A DNA stretch of 64,000 bases from a virus. The notes under the pieces are model-generated. The model did no database searches and was not told the origin of the DNA. It was given only the letters and a program-made list of their open reading frames with translations. The stretch lies in the IMG/VR virus record IMGVR_UViG_3300021962_000028, positions 94,623 to 158,622 of that record. One strand, 5' to 3'. Shown one piece after another: positions 58,488 to 64,000 of the stretch. The stretch's first letter is position 1. Each line of letters opens with the position of its first letter. The position numbers and the translations under genes were made by a program.

Positions 58488-59402
58488 ATGAATTTTGTAA
58501 TTAACGAATCTCAATTATTCTTATTGTTGGACAGTGTCTTCCCTGACTTGTCTGTTAAGAAAATACGTTCACGAAATTCTGCCCATACTTACATTATCGA
58601 ATCTAATGATGATGAGATGTTTCACTATGAGAATGGTACTCTTAATGTTAACCCTGACTTTGTTAAAATGTTAAATAGGTTTGCACCTATCAAAATAACT
58701 GACGATATTATATCCACTCTTGGTAAATGGATTCATAAGAAGGCGGGGTTAAAACCTAGAACTATTTGGATTGGTCTTAAATCATACGATGTTAGTAATA
58801 GTATGAATGAATCGTTTGATAAATTACGTGCAAGAAGATTTATGCACATTGCTAACGATTATTTTGAATCGTTGTCACCATCAGATGTTTGTAACTATTG
58901 GAAATCTGAGGAAGTTGAGGATTACGTTAATGAAACTATGTCTGAAATGGTTCGTTTCATTACTGATGAATATCCTGATGTTTCTGCTGAGGATTGGCAC
59001 GACACCTATGATGGTATCTATGGGATGTTGGAAGGTGTTGGTTATTCTAATAAGGTAAGAGATTTCTTTTACGACTCTTTAGATAACTGTAATCTAAATG
59101 AATCTGAGGAAAAAAGAATTAAGAGATTTGACAGAAGTCTTGTAAAAGATTACGGTAAGTACGGTAAAAAAATTGAGTCTTTAGCTCGTACATACTTAGA
59201 TGATATGGGAAAATCTATCTGTGATTTAGTTTGTTTATGTTCAGAGGTTAACGGTAAAGAAAATTATATTGTATTAATTATCTCATCACACTACTTATCA
59301 TCAAATTTTGAAACAAAGCTAACTAATTATATCACTAACTTTATTCCCGTAGATGTTTGGGTTATGGTAAATGTTAATCACCACTGTAATAGTTTGGATT
59401 AG
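58488..59402 (+). CDS. Apparent three-module fusion with internal xNES junctions
   Basis: MNFVINESQ; internal SMNES and NLNES. Confidence 0.65.
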   Translation: MNFVINESQLFLLLDSVFPDLSVKKIRSRNSAHTYIIESNDDEMFHYENGTLNVNPDFVKMLNRFAPIKITDDIISTLGKWIHKKAGLKPRTIWIGLKSYDVSNSMNESFDKLRARRFMHIANDYFESLSPSDVCNYWKSEEVEDYVNETMSEMVRFITDEYPDVSAEDWHDTYDGIYGMLEGVGYSNKVRDFFYDSLDNCNLNESEEKRIKRFDRSLVKDYGKYGKKIESLARTYLDDMGKSICDLVCLCSEVNGKENYIVLIISSHYLSSNFETKLTNYITNFIPVDVWVMVNVNHHCNSLD

Positions 59403-59427
59403 TGGAAAATAACTTCCATTTTTATCA

Positions 59428-59799
59428 TTATAGTGGAAAATAATTACCGTTTTCGATTGGTTCCCCCTCTATAATGGAAAATTCTCCTCGTAAGTACTCT
59501 AAGAATACACCCTTATCATTTACATATGTAATATACTCAGGGTTGTGATACCCCGAGTTTATTAAACTTATTCTTTTTTCACACTGTAAGTACCACAGGG
59601 CTAACTTTAATGATTTCGTCATTGTTTCGTATACATCCCCGAACTCGTGGTTGTCGTTAAACCATCCTGTCTGTGTGTTGTGGTTTCTAAACTCTATAGA
59701 GAAACATAAATTAGTTCCGTCTTTATAATGTTCTGCGTTGTAATGAATGTAAACGCCATTATCTTCTAACGTTTTATAAGTTTCTAAGGTAACCTCCAT
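59428..59799 (-). CDS. Hypothetical protein
   Basis: ORF track. Confidence 0.65.
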   Translation of the reverse strand: MEVTLETYKTLEDNGVYIHYNAEHYKDGTNLCFSIEFRNHNTQTGWFNDNHEFGDVYETMTKSLKLALWYLQCEKRISLINSGYHNPEYITYVNDKGVFLEYLRGEFSIIEGEPIENGNYFPL

Positions 59800-59837
59800 A
59801 AATAAATGTTTAGTAATAAATATTTAACATTTGTTGA

Positions 59838-60119
59838 TTAATCGTTATTCTCCATATGATTGTACATTAACCTCATCACCCACGCATTCTCAAACTCATA
59901 CATTCCACATACAGTAGACGCTTCATCTAAAGTATCATAGTAGTTTATATTACCATCCTTATCTTTCATATAGTCCATATTTCTAAGGTCTATAATGACG
60001 TACTTGTATTTCTGTTGACTTAACGTTTCCATTATCTGTCTCGTTAAATGCCCTGCGGTCTTGGTCCCATCATTACTCCATCGAATGATAAGATTTTCTA
60101 TTTCAGAATATAATTCCAT
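59838..60119 (-). CDS. Hypothetical protein
   Basis: ORF track. Confidence 0.6.
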   Translation of the reverse strand: MELYSEIENLIIRWSNDGTKTAGHLTRQIMETLSQQKYKYVIIDLRNMDYMKDKDGNINYYDTLDEASTVCGMYEFENAWVMRLMYNHMENND

Positions 60120-60120
60120 A

Positions 60121-60801
60121 TTATAAATCTAATACTAAGTACTCGTCACTTGTTCCTAAACAATCAATTAAGATTAAGTTATCTTCTTCCATTACGGTAA
60201 CTCCTTTAACTTGAGTGTGTCCTACAATACATATGATGTCATCCACCATATCTTTAACTAATGATTGAGGTCTAACCCATATTGGTGTTTGGGTTATATC
60301 GTTACCTCCGTAACTGTAATTATCACCCATTGTGAATTTGAATTTAGTAATATCATTACGGAACAACTCGTTAACCGAGTCTTCTAAATTATTCATATCG
60401 ATATTATTGTTATTCGCCCACGTTTTGGTTAACCCAGCGTGACTGAAGAAGTAACTACTATATTGATAACACATCTGTAACAATCCCTCATCTACTGCAG
60501 GTTGTAACACACTGTTAATGTCTTTGGCATAACCAAACTGATAAGATGAATATGTTTCATTTACCCCATTTAAATAATGGAAGTCGTGATTCCCTATTAA
60601 TAGAACAACCTTACTTGGATTGTCTCTCTTAAATTGTACAATCTCTTTAAAGTTTTCTATCTGTCGGTTGGCACTATAACCTCCGTCTTTGGCATCGAAA
60701 TAATCCCCGATAAACACAATCATATCGGCATCTTTCTGTTCTACAACAATCTCTTTCCACTTACTTCTTCCGTGGGTATCCCCTAACGCAACTATTTTCA
60801 T
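60121..60801 (-). CDS. Calcineurin-like metallophosphoesterase
   Basis: GDTHG, GDYFD, GNHD, SHAG, VGHT. Confidence 0.9.
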   Translation of the reverse strand: MKIVALGDTHGRSKWKEIVVEQKDADMIVFIGDYFDAKDGGYSANRQIENFKEIVQFKRDNPSKVVLLIGNHDFHYLNGVNETYSSYQFGYAKDINSVLQPAVDEGLLQMCYQYSSYFFSHAGLTKTWANNNNIDMNNLEDSVNELFRNDITKFKFTMGDNYSYGGNDITQTPIWVRPQSLVKDMVDDIICIVGHTQVKGVTVMEEDNLILIDCLGTSDEYLVLDL

Positions 60802-60912
60802 AACACTAATATATAATTTTCACACAACACCAAAATATAACTTTTGTACATTGTTATAGACAAATATACAACCATAGTTTGGTATAATCAATATTTTGTC
60901 TATCTTTGTCCT

Positions 60913-61428
60913 ATGGAAATGGATTTATCAAAATATAGCATAGATGAACTTGTTGAGTTGCGTAACACAATTAATGGTGTAATTAGTGACTATAGAGACG
61001 GTTACTTCTATATCTGTAACGTTCGTTCATACGGTCGTAATTGGGTTGATAAGTGGATTCACAATACCCACACTCTTCAGGAATTATGTTATCAATATGA
61101 TGGTGAAGATGGAATCGTTGATGTATTCTCTAACAACCCTGACTTATCTAAGATAGATAACTATGGTAATGTTATGTATGTCCCTACTATCGAGGATTAT
61201 GAGAAGTCCAAAAAATACGATTTTTTAGTTAGAATTATTCCCGAAGCCGAGGAGACCTTGGCCGAATGGGGAAATCGTGATAACATACCATTTCAGTATC
61301 GTCCGAGATTTGAACCATTTTATACTCGTGAAGTTATTGACAGATTTAAATCAGAATTAGAGAATTTTGATATGTCTTTTGTCGCACCTGTCCCTGTAAA
61401 AAGAATTTATGACGATGAAGAGGAATAA
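60913..61428 (+). CDS. Hypothetical protein
   Basis: Start moved to the ATG after TATCTTTG (60901-60908). Confidence 0.65.
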   Translation: MEMDLSKYSIDELVELRNTINGVISDYRDGYFYICNVRSYGRNWVDKWIHNTHTLQELCYQYDGEDGIVDVFSNNPDLSKIDNYGNVMYVPTIEDYEKSKKYDFLVRIIPEAEETLAEWGNRDNIPFQYRPRFEPFYTREVIDRFKSELENFDMSFVAPVPVKRIYDDEEE

Positions 61429-61500
61429 AATCTGTCGTTGTGCGGCTACCGTTCCGTAATCCCCCAACCCCCTTTTTTATTTTCCATATATTTATTCTAT

Positions 61501-61851
61501 ATGAAGTACCTCATCACAGAATCCAAAATGGATAGTGTTATTGTTAATTACTTAACACATTATATTCACCCTGACTATAATTGGGGTCCTGAGTTGCACG
61601 ATTTCTATCAGGAAGATGTTAAGAAATATGGAATGTATGATTTCCTTATTAATGATGATGTCGCCTACACTTATCACGGTTATCAAGGTTATGCTGGTAG
61701 TGATGAAGTTGAAGAGATTGGTATTTTATATATTCAAAAATGGTTAGTTGATAAACTAACAACCTTATTTGGTAATTTTTGGATACCTATTTTTGAGAAA
61801 TGGTTTGAGGAAAACTCAGGTCTTAAAGTTAAAAAAATGATTGCAGAATAA
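61501..61851 (+). CDS. WF-family paralog
   Basis: MKYLITESKM; FEKWFEENSGLKV. Confidence 0.7.
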   Translation: MKYLITESKMDSVIVNYLTHYIHPDYNWGPELHDFYQEDVKKYGMYDFLINDDVAYTYHGYQGYAGSDEVEEIGILYIQKWLVDKLTTLFGNFWIPIFEKWFEENSGLKVKKMIAE

Positions 61852-61855
61852 TACT

Positions 61856-62344
61856 ATGAAAGGATTAATTAAAAAAGTACTAAAAGAATCTACGGAAGAA
61901 TTACTTAGATACCGTAAATTGTTCAGTGATTTTGAAATACCTGAAGAAGGTCTTAAAGGTAATGAAAATGGAGCAACTAATGTTGATGATTTCTTTTGGA
62001 ATTTTGTTGATATGGCGAACTATAAATCGGATAATGATTATAGAAGAATTAGTGACATATTAAAAGATTTAAATAAGTTTGCAGGTGTACCTGCTGAAAA
62101 GATACTTATTCTCGCTAAAGTACTTAATTTCAAAACAAAAGCCATCGATAAAAAATGGGGTGACGACATTTATAATGTTGGTGATGATAGTTGGTCAGAC
62201 CTTAGATGTGATGTAGTATCTCGTGGAAAAGAATTCTATAATAAATCTTTGGTCGATTATGATTTAGTCCAACGTATGGCAAATGAAGACGACTATAAAG
62301 AATCTTTTTCCTACGCAATACCTTATACCAGTGATTTAATTTAA
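61856..62344 (+). CDS. DUF4240-like protein with leader
   Basis: FFWNFVD...DDSWSDLRCDVVSRGKEFY. Confidence 0.55.
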   Translation: MKGLIKKVLKESTEELLRYRKLFSDFEIPEEGLKGNENGATNVDDFFWNFVDMANYKSDNDYRRISDILKDLNKFAGVPAEKILILAKVLNFKTKAIDKKWGDDIYNVGDDSWSDLRCDVVSRGKEFYNKSLVDYDLVQRMANEDDYKESFSYAIPYTSDLI

Positions 62345-62348
62345 TTAT

Positions 62349-63029
62349 ATGAAAAATAACTTACTAACCGAAATTAATAGATTTAAAACCCTTTCAAATA
62401 TTAATGAACCACAAAACATTAATGAACAAGAGTTATTGAATAATATTAAAAACCTAATCTCTATCGCATCTGACAATGTAAAAGATAATGAAACGTATAA
62501 AGACTTAATGTCTTTCTTTAAGTCAGTAACTTCTGATGAATCATCCGATGATGAAGTAATATCAGGTAGTTATAGTGCTGAAGGACAAAAGAACGCATAT
62601 GACGCATTACACTCATTCCAATCTCGAGTGTCAGATAAGTTTGGAGGTAAAATCAATACAAAGGTGAAGGAAGGTATTGAACGGTATAAAGATTTAAATG
62701 ATGTTGAATCAGTAGATATTAAAAAGGTTGAGATTGGCATCGACCCTGATACTTTAACTGTAGATTGGGAAGTAACTATAGGTCCAAGTAATGATGGTTA
62801 TACATACGAAGAATTTGATAGTAGAGGAAGTGCTGGCGGTGGTGAATCTGCGGTTGATGGTCAATTAAATCGTATGCACTCACTTCATTCAGGAACACCT
62901 AAATTAGTATATCATTATAATGAAACAATACCCGTATGTTTCAATTCAGACGGAACTAAAAAAACTAATGGTTGTAGTGGTAAAATTAACATACAACAAA
63001 AGTTCTTTAAATACGGTAAGAAAATATGA
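62349..63029 (+). CDS. Hypothetical protein with LLTEINRFK leader
   Basis: ORF track. Confidence 0.7.
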   Translation: MKNNLLTEINRFKTLSNINEPQNINEQELLNNIKNLISIASDNVKDNETYKDLMSFFKSVTSDESSDDEVISGSYSAEGQKNAYDALHSFQSRVSDKFGGKINTKVKEGIERYKDLNDVESVDIKKVEIGIDPDTLTVDWEVTIGPSNDGYTYEEFDSRGSAGGGESAVDGQLNRMHSLHSGTPKLVYHYNETIPVCFNSDGTKKTNGCSGKINIQQKFFKYGKKI

Positions 63030-63325
63030 AATACGTTATAACCGAAAATCAATATAAGTTAATCAGAAGAGAATCTGATATGGAACGTAGGATTGATAGA
63101 TTACTTATGATGGCGAAACTTCAAAATGATTTATATTTTGTACCTTTAGACCATCTAATCTTACATATCGCAGATAATGTCGCAGTCGAGATGGCAAACG
63201 AATCTAATGTTGAGGGTGATGACTATATCACATTTAGAAATCAAATAAAACAATATATTCGTAGTAATTTTTACGGACATATTAAAGACTTTTTGGAGAA
63301 AAATAAAGAGAAATATGTCAGCTAA
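63026..63325 (+). CDS. Hypothetical protein with MKYVITENQY leader
   Basis: ORF track. Confidence 0.7.
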   Translation: MKYVITENQYKLIRRESDMERRIDRLLMMAKLQNDLYFVPLDHLILHIADNVAVEMANESNVEGDDYITFRNQIKQYIRSNFYGHIKDFLEKNKEKYVS

Positions 63326-63650
63326 GAAAACAATTAACTTAATCACAAACTTAATTGAGAAGTTAGTAATACCTAAGTTCCCCGTAATTGATAGTATTGA
63401 GAATATTGAACACTTCTCATCAGGGTTCAGAGGTGATTCTTACTTTGTTAACATAATAACATCAGAATGTTTAAGTATGGAAGAACAGGTTAGTATCGAC
63501 ACCTTAGTTAAACAGTTGTTTAAAATGGCATCTTTAGATTCATCAAATGATAACTCATTTAAATTAGAGTCTGATGATATCAAAGTATTCTTTGACTGTC
63601 AAGATGGTGAGGGGTTTAACTTCCACTCACCATACGGTTACAAACACTAA
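63315..63650 (+). CDS. Hypothetical protein
   Basis: ORF track. Confidence 0.6.
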   Translation: MSAKKTINLITNLIEKLVIPKFPVIDSIENIEHFSSGFRGDSYFVNIITSECLSMEEQVSIDTLVKQLFKMASLDSSNDNSFKLESDDIKVFFDCQDGEGFNFHSPYGYKH

Positions 63651-63991
63651 CTATTTAAACCCCAATTCATACCTTTGGTTGTCTTTACACCAAATTCAAT
63701 AGTCTCGTTAAGATATTCATTAAACGGTTTTGTTCTGTCATCTTTACCGTGGTAATAGTTACCCCAATCTCTATTTCCATCTTGTGCTGGTAGTGGTTGT
63801 ATCTCTTTAATACCATTCCTAAGTATTTCTCTTATGTATCCACATTCACCACTAGGGAAGTTAGTTGGGTTGGTTTCTTTAATTCCATTTTTAACGGTAT
63901 CTTCAACATCTTCTTTACTAAAGAATTTATCAACGTATGGCGTTCCCATCATAAACCCTTCGTGACTTTCTAACGCGGGTTTTGTTTTCAC
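63647..63991 (-). CDS. Hypothetical protein (may start beyond the window)
   Basis: ORF track. Confidence 0.55.
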   Translation of the reverse strand: MKTKPALESHEGFMMGTPYVDKFFSKEDVEDTVKNGIKETNPTNFPSGECGYIREILRNGIKEIQPLPAQDGNRDWGNYYHGKDDRTKPFNEYLNETIEFGVKTTKGMNWGLNS

Positions 63992-64000
63992 CCCATTTTG

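Noticed and set aside
59400-59443. 13-bp direct repeat TAGTGGAAAATAA between convergent genes
   Set aside because: Short and AT-rich with only two copies; no supportable function
1-64000. Alternative genetic code, eukaryotic giant virus, or bacterial chromosome
   Set aside because: Known enzymes are full length in code 11; bacterial promoters, terminators and an endolysin argue against a eukaryotic virus; orphan density and lack of core operons argue against a chromosome

Overview
AT-rich, densely coding, standard-code DNA that reads as part of a large (jumbo/huge) phage infecting Bacteroidota. It has many short orphan ORFs, three tRNAs and scattered host-like genes (clpP, GMP reductase-like, ppk2, YceI, UDP-sugar dehydrogenase, thioesterase). 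It also carries lysis-type hydrolases and no core cellular operons. No capsid, terminase or polymerase gene lies in the window, so the phage call is inferred. Two promoter-like motifs split the genes: the Bacteroidota -7 element TAnnTTTG, and a second motif RTATTTAT (putative phage late promoter). Main observations: (1) a 7-gene exported-protein operon (19.2-26.3 kb) encodes a cohesin/dockerin-like T9SS-type cargo, a dockerin-bearing C-type lectin/LamG protein, CsgG-like proteins and a predicted beta-barrel. (2) About 35 unrelated proteins, including PPK2 and a flavoprotein, share Glu-terminated N-terminal leaders and follow RTATTTAT, suggesting a capsid-cargo addressing system. (3) A bipartite origin-like locus with DnaA-box-like and TGWCA-N3-TGWCA repeats sits at the coding-strand switch (50.3-52.4 kb). 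(4) There are several candidate RNA elements: an attenuator-like leader, a gene bracketed by a 13-bp inverted repeat, orphan structured RNAs and a repeated 22-mer in UTRs. All calls are by eye, with no database searches.
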